Assembly: GCA_964230645.1 (NCBI GenBank)
Contig: CAXRHT010000002.1
Span: 1,152,001-1,216,000, forward strand
From: Bdellovibrionales bacterium
GTDB taxonomy: Bacteria; Bdellovibrionota; Bdellovibrionia; Bdellovibrionales; JAGQZY01
Reading direction: 5' to 3'
Length of the DNA stretch: 64,000 bases
This document shows, piece after piece, positions 20,371-30,389 of the stretch (the first letter of the stretch is position 1; every line of letters starts with the position of its first letter). The translations under genes and the position numbers were made by a program. Below the pieces are notes generated by a model. That model had not been told where the DNA came from. It worked only from the letters and a program-made list of their open reading frames with translations, and ran no database searches.

Positions 20371-21651
20371 TTAAGACCTTACGTCCTGAGGCTTGGTGCT
20401 CGAGGATTTTTCCACCCGTTGGTCGTTTAAATAGGCTGTGGCGACCTCGATAATGGCCTCAGCCTGGCGTTTTCTGGAATAATGATGGGATGCTTCTGTT
20501 GAATGGAGCTTCATTTGCTCTAAGGTCTCTTTTTGACTGGCGAGATCAGTGATTGTTTTCGCTAAAGACTCCGGATGACCGCTGTCGATTCTCTTTCCTG
20601 CCTTTTCTTTTAGCACTATTTGGCTGCCATCACTCTCAGGGCCACAGTAAAGGATGGGTTTCCCAACCCCCATGGCCTCAAAGATTTTTGAAGGAATCAC
20701 CGTTTTAAAGGTTTCATTGTTGCTTAAATGCACCAGTGCTAGATCACAGATCGACCAGTATCTGGGGATTTCCTCTTTGGGCTGCCTTTGAATGATCGAG
20801 ACATTAAAAAGATTCTCGCTCCAGGCAAACTCCCTTAGAGCCTCTTTTTCGGCTCCCCCACCCACTAAAAGAAAGTGGATGTCTTCTCTTCTTTGATCTT
20901 TAAGGATTTTGGCGGCCTCTAGGACATTTTCAAGGTTATGGGCCATGCCGAGAGTTCCTATGTACCCAACAACAAATTTATCTTGGATTTGCAGCTCTTT
21001 TTCTAAAGACTCATCTTTATGGGCCTGGGTTTTAAAAAAGTCGCGATTTACCCCATTTATGACCGTTGAGATTTTGGTCTCCTCTATACCTCGCTTTACC
21101 ATGCTGGCCTTAATGGATGAGGTCAGAGCGATGATGAAATCACTTTTTCTGTAAAGAAAAAGCTCTACTCTTTCCATAAGATCTAAGAAAAGACTCCCCT
21201 TCACAGCACCAACGGCTCGCACAGACTCTGGCCAAAGATCGGCGATCTCAAGCCCGTAAGGCACTCTTTTAATAAGTGAGACCATGTAACCACTAACCGC
21301 TGTGAAAAACTGGGGAGAGGAGGCCATGACGAGATCAGGCTTTTTTTCAAAGCATGAGAAGAAAAAAGACATGACCATGAAAGAGAGAAAATCGATAAGG
21401 CGTTTGGCCACTCCTTGATTCGGAGCCATGTATGTTTTTACTCTTACAACCCTTATACCCTGAACCTCTTCAATACTTCGCCATTTGTTTTCATAGCCCT
21501 CATAGGGAAGTCCTTCAGGAAAATTCGGACAACTTGTAACAACTGTGATCTCATGGCCCTCTTTTACCCAGTGAAGCGCTCGTTCATAAACTCTTGAGGC
21601 GGCGGCATTTGTTTCTGGGTAAAAGTTATCAGAGAGGAAAAGGATTTTCAT
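20371..21651 (-). CDS. GT4 glycosyltransferase, WbuB-like
   Basis: FYPE, PNFPEG, DLWPES, PSKIFEAM. Confidence 0.85.
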   Translation of the reverse strand: MKILFLSDNFYPETNAAASRVYERALHWVKEGHEITVVTSCPNFPEGLPYEGYENKWRSIEEVQGIRVVRVKTYMAPNQGVAKRLIDFLSFMVMSFFFSCFEKKPDLVMASSPQFFTAVSGYMVSLIKRVPYGLEIADLWPESVRAVGAVKGSLFLDLMERVELFLYRKSDFIIALTSSIKASMVKRGIEETKISTVINGVNRDFFKTQAHKDESLEKELQIQDKFVVGYIGTLGMAHNLENVLEAAKILKDQRREDIHFLLVGGGAEKEALREFAWSENLFNVSIIQRQPKEEIPRYWSICDLALVHLSNNETFKTVIPSKIFEAMGVGKPILYCGPESDGSQIVLKEKAGKRIDSGHPESLAKTITDLASQKETLEQMKLHSTEASHHYSRKRQAEAIIEVATAYLNDQRVEKSSSTKPQDVRS

Positions 21652-23765
21652 TGGCGAAGACTCTCAGCCGCTTGGATCGTGATCCTTGCTACTTCTAAAA
21701 TTTCGTCTTGAGAAATTAAAGGCTCACTTGTTTTTACCGACTTCATAAATTCTTTAATGCAGTTTTTTTGTCCCTTATCTTGCGACCATAACTTTTTGGA
21801 ACTTAAACCGCGCCACCCCATAGACTCAAGACTTCGGAAGTTATCAATTTGAAAACTCATATTGTCGCTATGAACTTGGATAAACTCTTTAGGGACTTCT
21901 TTATTCCCGTTAGAGATATAAAGAATGTTGGCTAGTGAGCCGTCTTTAAAAGTTAGGTTGACGCTGAACTGGTCTTCTTTATTGAAGTCGGCATTATCGG
22001 GAGTGGTGGAACTTACCGAGAAACTCTCAATTTTCTCACCCACTAAATATCTTGCTAAATCGATAAAGTGACATCCTTCACCCACAAGGCGCCTGCCACC
22101 GACCTCAAGGTCTTGGGTCCAATGATCGGCTGGAATCTTTCCAGCGTTCACTCTAATTTGAACCACTTTTTGGGATTTGGCGTTTTTCAGTGCTTTTTTT
22201 GCTTCTTTCACTAATGGAGAAAATCTTCGGTTAAATCCCACCATCAAATGCGACTGACAGGACTCTTTTAAAAGCTCTGTCTCTATAGCGTCGACTTCTG
22301 TAAGAGTGAGAGCTAAAGGTTTTTCTACAAATACATGTTTATTAGCCTTTAAAGCCTTTAAGACTTGCTCGCCGTGATCCTTATGACGGGTTCCGATCAC
22401 GACAATGTCGCTTTCGTCTTTATAAAGCTCGGTAATATCTGACACTAAATTTTTGAAACCAAACTTTTCACCATTCACGTGACTGCTTACACCATGGCCT
22501 GTGATGACTGATTCAAAGGCAGCACCCGCCTCTTTAAAAGCTGGCATTAAAAATCTTGAGGCGTAATTGCCAGCACCGATAAAACTCACCTTGGCCTTCC
22601 CTGAGGATACAGCTTTTGTGGATCTTTGGATTTTTTTGGCTTTTGCGGCTTTCTCACTATTTGGATACTCAATGAGGACACCGAGCACAGGCTCTGAGTT
22701 TTCACTAATAAGACCGTAGGCTTTCTGGGCTTCTTCGATCACATATCTATGAGAGATGAGTGGACTCACATCAAGACTTTTTGATGCCATAAGATCGAGG
22801 ACCGCCTCAAAGTTTCTCTGCTCAGTCCACCGCACATAGGGAAGTGGGTAATCAAAACCTTTTTCCTCATAGGTTGAGTCATAGCGGCCAGGGCCATAAG
22901 AGCAAGAAACCTGAAAGCTTAATTCTTTTTTAAAAAAGATCGTTCTTGATAACTCCATCCCTGTGACACCCACAAGAACGATGCGACCTTTTTTCCGGCA
23001 CATCTCGGCGGCTTGAATAATAGGCTCACTGCTACTTGTAGAGGCTGTGATGATTACTCCATCCACACCATTTCCTTTTGAGAATTGCTCACTCACTGAA
23101 ATGGGATCAGAATTTTTGGGATTAATGGCTTTTATTCCCATTTTCTTAGCCATATCCACTTTGGATTGGTCAAAGTCTAAGCCCAGAACCTGGCAGCCGT
23201 TAGCTTTTAAAAGTTGGGCTGTGATAAGACCAATAAGACCAAGGCCTGTCACCACAAACCTTTCACCCATGGTTGGGTTAATCAGTCTTACACCTTGAAG
23301 ACCAATAGCTGAAACAACTGTGAATGAAGCACTGGCATCATCAACTTCCTCAGGAATTTTGGCACACAAGTTTTTCGGAACAGAGACAACCTCGGCATGA
23401 TGCCCATTTGAAACCACACGGTCTCCCACCGAAAATTCCGTGACTCCTTCGCCCACCTCCAAAACTTTCCCTACATTACTATAGCCAAGGGGAAGGGGCT
23501 GGTTGAGTTTACTTGTTACCGCTTCGATGGTTGGAAGAAGTCCGTCGGTCTTTACTTTATTTAAAACCATTTTGACTTTGTCGGGCTGCTGTCGGGCTTT
23601 ATTAAGGTAATTGGCCTTACCGAAATCAAGCATCATCTTTTCTGTTCCCTTTGAAATCAGGGAGCATTCTGAGGCTATGAGGACGTGGCCTGCTAAAACT
23701 TGAGGGACCGGGACATTGGCAATCTCGATCTGACCTTTTTTTAAATCTTGGAGCACTTGCAACAT
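21648..23765 (-). CDS. Bi-domain oxidoreductase (MDR-like + Gfo/Idh/MocA)
   Basis: PLGYS, SCSYGPGRYD, VRWTEQRN, FVEKP, GFNRRF. Confidence 0.88.
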   Translation of the reverse strand: MLQVLQDLKKGQIEIANVPVPQVLAGHVLIASECSLISKGTEKMMLDFGKANYLNKARQQPDKVKMVLNKVKTDGLLPTIEAVTSKLNQPLPLGYSNVGKVLEVGEGVTEFSVGDRVVSNGHHAEVVSVPKNLCAKIPEEVDDASASFTVVSAIGLQGVRLINPTMGERFVVTGLGLIGLITAQLLKANGCQVLGLDFDQSKVDMAKKMGIKAINPKNSDPISVSEQFSKGNGVDGVIITASTSSSEPIIQAAEMCRKKGRIVLVGVTGMELSRTIFFKKELSFQVSCSYGPGRYDSTYEEKGFDYPLPYVRWTEQRNFEAVLDLMASKSLDVSPLISHRYVIEEAQKAYGLISENSEPVLGVLIEYPNSEKAAKAKKIQRSTKAVSSGKAKVSFIGAGNYASRFLMPAFKEAGAAFESVITGHGVSSHVNGEKFGFKNLVSDITELYKDESDIVVIGTRHKDHGEQVLKALKANKHVFVEKPLALTLTEVDAIETELLKESCQSHLMVGFNRRFSPLVKEAKKALKNAKSQKVVQIRVNAGKIPADHWTQDLEVGGRRLVGEGCHFIDLARYLVGEKIESFSVSSTTPDNADFNKEDQFSVNLTFKDGSLANILYISNGNKEVPKEFIQVHSDNMSFQIDNFRSLESMGWRGLSSKKLWSQDKGQKNCIKEFMKSVKTSEPLISQDEILEVARITIQAAESLRQ

Positions 23766-23835
23766 GGGTCTCTCGTTGGTTGAATAACAGCTATTAGGTA
23801 TATAAGATTCCTAAGCTTTTCACAGGAGTTTTGTT

Positions 23836-25860
23836 TTGCGTCAACTGAGTGAGTACATCTCAAGAGCCAAGCATTTGTCACCAGGCACGGTTTTGCTTGT
23901 GGCCCTGCAAATTGGCTCTAGAAAGCTTAGAAATAAGCTCGCAAAGATCCTTTATTCGTTGAGATCAAGCTATGGGTCCTATCGCTTCGAGTGGCTTGAA
24001 CCCATCTTCAAAAACCCAGACCCAAAATACATTAACAATTCCTGGCCGATTTGGGAAAAAGCACTGGATCGCACCTTAAAGCACCGCTTTGATCTACTAG
24101 GGTCAGGCTGGGTCAAGGTAGCCCATCAGGAGAGCTATTCTAAGGTGGCCGGGCGCTCTTACAGTCCAAAAAGGAAATTAAGTCGCAAAGAGATCTTGAG
24201 AGCTAAAGAGATCAATGCCATCAATAGAAAAAAGAGTCGTAAAATTTTAAAGCTTATCTCAGAGGATTATGAGTTTATTGACTGGCATGTAGACTTTAAA
24301 TCAGGCTACCGCTGGAATCCCGCCACTTGGGGGGCCGATATTCAATATGGCCACAAAAAAGGGGTGGATATAAAAGTGCCTTGGGAGCTTTCGAGAATGC
24401 AGCACCTGTCTTGGCTGGCTTACGGATATCTATCCACGGGGGAGGATAAGTATGCCCTTGAGATGAAAAATCAGGTTCTTGATTTTATTGCCAATAACCC
24501 TCCCCTCTTCGGTGTCAATTGGCACTCTCCCATGGATGCGGCTATAAGGGCTGCCAATTGGATTGTGGCTTTTGATCTCTTTCGAAGTCAGGGCTACGAG
24601 TTTGATAAAGACTTTCAGAAAATTCTTGGTCACTCTTTAATCGATCATGCTCTTTTTATTGAAAATAATTTTGATAAGCGGGCTGACTTCAGAGGCAATC
24701 ACTACCTCTCCGATCTTGCAGGCCTTAACCTAGTCGCGCAAAGTCTAAAAAGCCGCCCGCGCTCAAAAAGATGGAAGAACATCTGCTATCAAGGAGTGCT
24801 CGAGGAGATTAAGCACCAGTTCTTCTCTGATGGAACCAACTTCGAAGGCTCCACACTTTACCATAGACTTTCAACAGAGGTGTTTTACTATTACATCCTT
24901 CCTATTGTTGTCCGAGAGAAAAGCTGGAAGATTTTAAAAACCAACCCCGATATTCTTGAGAAAATGATGGGTGCTAATCTTTTCGCTCAAAGAACCATTA
25001 AACCTGATGGCAGTGCAGTTCAAATTGGTGATGGCGATAATGGAAGATTCTTTAAACTCAATCCCTCGTGGTTTGATGCGTCTCTTTTTGAAAATCACCT
25101 TAACTTCCAACATCTTGATTTCTTTATTAGAGGATTTCTTAAGGGTGAGGAAAAAGATTTAGAATCCTCCGTAATTAAAAACACGTTGGGGGACCTATTT
25201 AACCCTGATCACTTTGACCTTAAAAGTATTGAAAAAAATCTAATCTTTTCTTCTAAGCAAGGTATTCAGAAAAAAGAGGAGCCCTTGAAATCCCTTTCCC
25301 CTCGCCAGGAACAAATTTACTCCTATAAAATTCCGGATGGTTGTTTGAGTGGACTCTCTAGTCACTACTTCTCTGATTTTGGCCTGGCTGTCTTCAGAGG
25401 AGAGTCCTTTTTTCTCTCTTTTAGATGTGGTCCCATTGGACAGTACGGGCGAGGAGGACACGACCATAACGACCAACTCTCAGTTGAGCTTTGGATCAAC
25501 GGAGAGTACTTAATCCAAGACCCTGGCACTTTTCTCTACACTCCTTGGCCAGAAAAAAGAAAACAGTACCGCTCCAATCACTTTCATTTTCTGCCCCAAC
25601 CTGAGGGAGAGGAAATGGCCGACATTGATTCGGCTCTCTTTTTTCTTGGAGGGGCTAAGCCTTCAGAGATGTTAAGTTTTAACACACGCTCCTGCATTGG
25701 ATACTTCGACGGTTTTGGATTTCCGATCACTCGTGAGATAGTGATCAACGAACACGAAGTTGTTATTAAAGATCAAGCGGACTCTGAAAAGCCTCTATGG
25801 AATCTCAAAAACTTTCAACCACTGACCTATTCTAGAGGTTACGGCTATCCCCGCTTTTAG
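23836..25860 (+). CDS. Heparinase II/III-like protein
   Basis: DIKVPWELSRMQH, GNHY, EGSTLYH, GHDHNDQLS, DPGT. Confidence 0.85.
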   Translation: MRQLSEYISRAKHLSPGTVLLVALQIGSRKLRNKLAKILYSLRSSYGSYRFEWLEPIFKNPDPKYINNSWPIWEKALDRTLKHRFDLLGSGWVKVAHQESYSKVAGRSYSPKRKLSRKEILRAKEINAINRKKSRKILKLISEDYEFIDWHVDFKSGYRWNPATWGADIQYGHKKGVDIKVPWELSRMQHLSWLAYGYLSTGEDKYALEMKNQVLDFIANNPPLFGVNWHSPMDAAIRAANWIVAFDLFRSQGYEFDKDFQKILGHSLIDHALFIENNFDKRADFRGNHYLSDLAGLNLVAQSLKSRPRSKRWKNICYQGVLEEIKHQFFSDGTNFEGSTLYHRLSTEVFYYYILPIVVREKSWKILKTNPDILEKMMGANLFAQRTIKPDGSAVQIGDGDNGRFFKLNPSWFDASLFENHLNFQHLDFFIRGFLKGEEKDLESSVIKNTLGDLFNPDHFDLKSIEKNLIFSSKQGIQKKEEPLKSLSPRQEQIYSYKIPDGCLSGLSSHYFSDFGLAVFRGESFFLSFRCGPIGQYGRGGHDHNDQLSVELWINGEYLIQDPGTFLYTPWPEKRKQYRSNHFHFLPQPEGEEMADIDSALFFLGGAKPSEMLSFNTRSCIGYFDGFGFPITREIVINEHEVVIKDQADSEKPLWNLKNFQPLTYSRGYGYPRF

Positions 25861-25861
25861 A

Positions 25862-26908
25862 TTATAACTTGTGGTAGATATCTGTGACCGCGCGAGCGGT
25901 TTTGAGCCAGGTTTGGCCATCAAACATTTCTTTCCCAGCGGCTGAGAGTTTTTCGCGGTAAACTTTGTCCGCATAAAGGCGCTCCATAGCGGCCATGATT
26001 TGTTCAGCATCCTTGGGGTTCACAGCGTGATAAGCCTCCCCACCCACTTCTTTCATTGAGCCAAGAGCTGAGCTCACAACGGGACAGCCTAACTTCATGG
26101 CTTCAACCATCGAGTAAGGATAGCCTTCGTAAAAACTGGGGATGATCGTCCCAAGGGCTCCGGCGTAGAGCTTTTTTAATTGCGAATCGTTTTGAAAACC
26201 TAGAAATTTCATATTGTCGCGAAATTTTGAAGTCTTTGCCATTTTGTGAATGGCCTCTGCGGCATAGCCATCAGGGCCAGCGACTACAAGTAGGAATTCG
26301 TTTTTAATACTGCAAAGAGCATCAAAAGCTTTAATCACTCCAGCGATGTTACTTTTTTTATCAACGATTCCTGTAAAAAGAAAATAGGGCTTTTCGTAAG
26401 GTTTAGAGTCAGCCATCGAGGTGTTTTCAAAAAGGTGATCTGTTCCCGGAGGGATCACATGCACTCGGCTCACATACTTTGGAAAGCGCACAAGAAACTC
26501 ATTATGAATTTCATAAGTGGGCACAAGGACTGCGCCCACATCGTTTTGCATTTGTTGTTTGAGGTGCGTTTGTAAATTTTCGTCCACTCCCGGGCGATGG
26601 AAGCCATCGCGAAACATGGAGAGGTCATTGACACTAATTATTTTTTTAAATTTATCACTCTCTGAGAGAAGACTTCCACTGGGGCCATGGATGATGGAGC
26701 CTTTAGAGGCAAAAAGACCTCTGAATTTACTAGGATCATGACCTAAATGATATTCCATATAGTTGTCTTTTAGGCGGCCAGAGACTTTATAAACCGGAGA
26801 GAGATCAACCCCGAGGCCTCGTAGAGACCTGAAGAGATTTTTGGTATAAATTCCGTCTCCCCCGAGCGCAAGGCCTGTGAGAGCACTAACATCGTAATAT
26901 ACTTTCAA
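25862..26908 (-). CDS. GT4 glycosyltransferase (mannosyltransferase-like)
   Basis: PSFYEGYPYSMVEAM (E-x7-E); follows manC. Confidence 0.85.
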   Translation of the reverse strand: MKVYYDVSALTGLALGGDGIYTKNLFRSLRGLGVDLSPVYKVSGRLKDNYMEYHLGHDPSKFRGLFASKGSIIHGPSGSLLSESDKFKKIISVNDLSMFRDGFHRPGVDENLQTHLKQQMQNDVGAVLVPTYEIHNEFLVRFPKYVSRVHVIPPGTDHLFENTSMADSKPYEKPYFLFTGIVDKKSNIAGVIKAFDALCSIKNEFLLVVAGPDGYAAEAIHKMAKTSKFRDNMKFLGFQNDSQLKKLYAGALGTIIPSFYEGYPYSMVEAMKLGCPVVSSALGSMKEVGGEAYHAVNPKDAEQIMAAMERLYADKVYREKLSAAGKEMFDGQTWLKTARAVTDIYHKL

Positions 26909-26911
26909 AAA

Positions 26912-28300
26912 TTAAATCCTTTTGTAATCATCTTCGTAACGAACAATATCATCTTCACCGAAGTACTCTCCGGTCTGCACTTCCACAAAGACTAATTTTT
27001 TAGAGCCTAAATTTCTAATCCTATGTTTTGTTCCAGCAGGTATCTGGATGACACTTCCTTTTTGAATGTCTTGAGTTTCATCGTTTAATACAACCTGCCC
27101 TTTTCCTTTTACGATCACCCAAACCTCAGACCTTTTTTCATGACTCTGATAAGAGAGCTGTTGCGAGGGATCAAGTTCAATGACTTTAGTTTTAAAGTCG
27201 TCTTCCTCATAGAGGTTTTCGTATTTACCCCAAGGCCTATGTTCGTAGGCGGCCTCTTTTACAATCTCGGGGCTTTCTTTTTTGACCTCGTCATAGAGAT
27301 TTTTAACGTCTTGAGTGGTCTCTTTCCTTGTCACTAAAAGAGCGTCAGGGGTGTCGACCACGATCAAATCTTCTACGTTTGAAAAAGCTAAAGTTTTCTT
27401 GTCACTTTTGAAGCCAAAACAATTTTTTGAATTATGACTAAAGGTGGACGGGTCTTCTTTAGGGAATTTATCAGAAAAAATCTGGGCCACATCATCCCAG
27501 GAGCCAAGATCATTCCAGCCCAAATCACAGGGGATATTCACCTGCTCTTTCACCTTTTCCATAACACCGTAATCAATGCTCTCAGAGGGGAGACTGGGGA
27601 AGACTTCTTCAAGATTACTTAAATCAGGCTTAATTTTTGAAATCCCATCCCAGAGCTCTGGCATATGTTTCTCAAAGGCATTGATCATGGTTTCAATTTT
27701 GAAAATGAACATACCCGAGTTCCAAAAGAAACTTCCCTTTTCAATAAAATCTTTGGCCGTTTTCTCATCGGGCTTTTCTCGAAATCCTTTGACCGGGAAA
27801 ACCTCGTGATTGTCTTGTTTTAGGTAGGCTTTATTTTCACACTCGATATAACCAAACCCTGTGGCCGGATAAGTGGGCTTTAGACCAAGAGTCACAATTT
27901 TGTTATCTTTTGCGCACTCAGAAGCGAGTTTTACCACCGACTGGAATTCTTCCTCGTTTCCGATCCAGTGATCCGAAGGGAAGACTCCCATAATCTCATC
28001 ACTGTTTCCTTGATTGTTATGCCACCAACAGACAAGAGCAATAGCGGGGGCAGTGTTGCGACCCTGGGGCTCAAAAAAGCATTGCGAGATTTTAAGATCC
28101 TTTTCTCTGATAAAACGTTCAGTGATTCCTCTGAGTTTTTCTCCGGTGCAAACTTGCACGTCTCCAATAGGCTCAAGCCTTTTTGCAGTCATCTCGAAAA
28201 GACTTTGCTCGAAAAAATCGGAGAAAGGCTTTGGCACTGTTTCCCTTGAAACGGGCCAGAGTCTTGAACCCACTCCTCCGGAGAGGATCAAAGAAATCAC
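26912..28300 (-). CDS. manC: Mannose-1-phosphate guanylyltransferase/mannose-6-phosphate isomerase
   Basis: GGVGSRLWP, EPQGRNTAPA, WNSGMF, SIDYGVME, C-terminal cupin RPWG. Confidence 0.93.
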   Translation of the reverse strand: MISLILSGGVGSRLWPVSRETVPKPFSDFFEQSLFEMTAKRLEPIGDVQVCTGEKLRGITERFIREKDLKISQCFFEPQGRNTAPAIALVCWWHNNQGNSDEIMGVFPSDHWIGNEEEFQSVVKLASECAKDNKIVTLGLKPTYPATGFGYIECENKAYLKQDNHEVFPVKGFREKPDEKTAKDFIEKGSFFWNSGMFIFKIETMINAFEKHMPELWDGISKIKPDLSNLEEVFPSLPSESIDYGVMEKVKEQVNIPCDLGWNDLGSWDDVAQIFSDKFPKEDPSTFSHNSKNCFGFKSDKKTLAFSNVEDLIVVDTPDALLVTRKETTQDVKNLYDEVKKESPEIVKEAAYEHRPWGKYENLYEEDDFKTKVIELDPSQQLSYQSHEKRSEVWVIVKGKGQVVLNDETQDIQKGSVIQIPAGTKHRIRNLGSKKLVFVEVQTGEYFGEDDIVRYEDDYKRI

Positions 28301-29262
28301 TCATACCTCCCGATCATTTTTTCCATAGCGAGTTGGCAAAGTTCAACGTCAGTCAGTACGAAAATATGAATTCCAGGAGCGCCCATCTCTTGGAGACGAT
28401 CGACAAGCTCTAAGAAAGGAGGAATGACATCTGGATTCACTACACCTTTTTCGTGCTCATCAGGGAGTTGATCGAGATACCAGTCCGGGACACTACAACC
28501 AAAGCGGGTCTTCATGACTTCCCCTTGCTTTTTAGAGCGCAGAATTCTTAGGCCTGGAAGCACTGGAGCTGTGATGCCTTGGCTTTTAATCTCTGTCATA
28601 AGCTCGCCGTATGGTTCAGGGTCAAAAAGCATTTGGGTAATACCGTACTCGGCTCCCTTTTCAAATTTAATGTTGGCAAATTCAAAGCGCTGTTTTTTAT
28701 CAGGATGCTCTGGGTAGATGGCAGCCCCAATACAGAAATCGGTCGGCTCTCTTCCCTCAACTTTATAGCCTTTTCTCTCGATGAACTCGCCAGAGTTAAG
28801 GCGTTTGATCTGCTCGATGAGTTGATAAGCGTAAGAGTATCCTTCAGGATGAGGCACCCACTCTTTTGTGCCCATAGGAGGATCTCCCCTAAGCCCTAAG
28901 ATATTGCGGACACCAAAATAATGGTGGTCGATGAGCTGATTTTCAATATCCTGAGGCGAGAGATCAAGGCAAGTGAAGTGCGCGATACAGGGCTTTGAAA
29001 AATGATCTTTGATGGTTTGAGCGATCGGTAGACTGCCACCGCGAAGAGATCCACCGGCCCCTTTAGTCACTGAAAGGAAATCCACACCACTTTGTACGAT
29101 TTTATCAAGGCGGTCCATTGTCACCTGCATTTGAAAGCCATTACGAGGTGGGATCATTTCGGCAGACAAAGTGAACTTTTTCTCGCTGATCACGTCTGTG
29201 ATTTTTCTATCTTTTGTATAACCCATTGAGGTTTTTTGGGTGTTTTCTTTTTCCATTAGCAT
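28297..29262 (-). CDS. metF: Methylenetetrahydrofolate reductase
   Basis: E-x-x-PP, SVTKGAGG, AHFTC, LRGDPP, YPEHP, ITQMLFD. Confidence 0.85.
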   Translation of the reverse strand: MLMEKENTQKTSMGYTKDRKITDVISEKKFTLSAEMIPPRNGFQMQVTMDRLDKIVQSGVDFLSVTKGAGGSLRGGSLPIAQTIKDHFSKPCIAHFTCLDLSPQDIENQLIDHHYFGVRNILGLRGDPPMGTKEWVPHPEGYSYAYQLIEQIKRLNSGEFIERKGYKVEGREPTDFCIGAAIYPEHPDKKQRFEFANIKFEKGAEYGITQMLFDPEPYGELMTEIKSQGITAPVLPGLRILRSKKQGEVMKTRFGCSVPDWYLDQLPDEHEKGVVNPDVIPPFLELVDRLQEMGAPGIHIFVLTDVELCQLAMEKMIGRYE

Positions 29263-29265
29263 TCC

Positions 29266-30279
29266 TTAGGGCTCTCCTGCTTTGTTGTAAATAGCAAACA
29301 TCAACAGGGGAAGATAAGCAATAACAACGATAATCATTCCGTAATCATCATAAATTGAAGCTAGATTAGAAAGAGGGAACAGCCATAGCACGACTGTCAT
29401 TGAGTAGAGAGCGGAGATCTTACGATGACTCCAGCCTTTTTCTAAAAGCTTGTGAAACACAAACATCTTATGGGCTCTGAATATGGGCTCTCCTCTTAAG
29501 GCTCTTCTGCAAAGCACATAGGTGGCGTCAAATATGAAAAAGCCAAAAATGATGATGTGTGAATAAAACGAGACATCCGCATAAGCTTTTGAGATGAGTG
29601 CTAAAGAAGCAAACAAGAAGCCTAAAAAGTAGCTGCCCGTGTCTCCCATAAATATTCTCGCAGGACTCCAGTTGTAAAAAAGAAAGCCACTCACCGTGTA
29701 GGCTATAAGGCAGTAGACCATGGCGATTTCTGGAGCGTTGTGAATTATGGATACAACGGCCATTAGGATAGAAGCCGCTATAGCTGTGGAGCTTGAGAGC
29801 CCATCGGCTCCGTCCATGAAATTATAAAGATTGATAAACCAAGCGATAAATAAAACGCAAAAAAGAGCGTTCACCCAAAGAAGGTCCGGAAGAAAAGAGA
29901 TATCCAGATCAATTTTAAACCACTGGGTGACAAGGGCATAAATCAGAAAAGCGACAACAAAGTGAACCAGAAGTCTTAAAAGAGCTGGGAGTGAGTAGCG
30001 ATCATCAAGCCAACCCAAAATCACGACACAAGGCCCTCCATAAAGAAGAGGTGTTACGATGGGTCGGTAGTTCGGGTAAAAGAAATGAAACCATACCGTG
30101 ATCAATGTAAACACGGTGAAAAAAGCTAGCCCCCCGCCTTTGGGAGTGGGCAGTTCATGAGAGCTTCGAATATTGGGGGTATCAATCATTCCCATTTTAT
30201 TTGAGAATTGAATGAGAGCTCTTGTTATCAAAAGGGTCGCAACGAAGGCACAGGAGCCTAAAACACTGACTTCAAGCAC
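29266..30279 (-). CDS. Undecaprenyl-phosphate HexNAc-1-P transferase (WbpL/WecA-like, MraY family)
   Basis: RSSH..PTPKGGG, LDD, NFMDGADG, FMGDTGS; many TMs. Confidence 0.9.
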   Translation of the reverse strand: MLEVSVLGSCAFVATLLITRALIQFSNKMGMIDTPNIRSSHELPTPKGGGLAFFTVFTLITVWFHFFYPNYRPIVTPLLYGGPCVVILGWLDDRYSLPALLRLLVHFVVAFLIYALVTQWFKIDLDISFLPDLLWVNALFCVLFIAWFINLYNFMDGADGLSSSTAIAASILMAVVSIIHNAPEIAMVYCLIAYTVSGFLFYNWSPARIFMGDTGSYFLGFLFASLALISKAYADVSFYSHIIIFGFFIFDATYVLCRRALRGEPIFRAHKMFVFHKLLEKGWSHRKISALYSMTVVLWLFPLSNLASIYDDYGMIIVVIAYLPLLMFAIYNKAGEP

Positions 30280-30389
30280 TGGGGCCCCTTAAAGCACGTT
30301 CGTCTTTATATCTAACGCATTCTGTTAACATCAACGGAAATATACCACATATTTTGAATTTGCCCATGCTTCTTAATAGAATTAATTCA

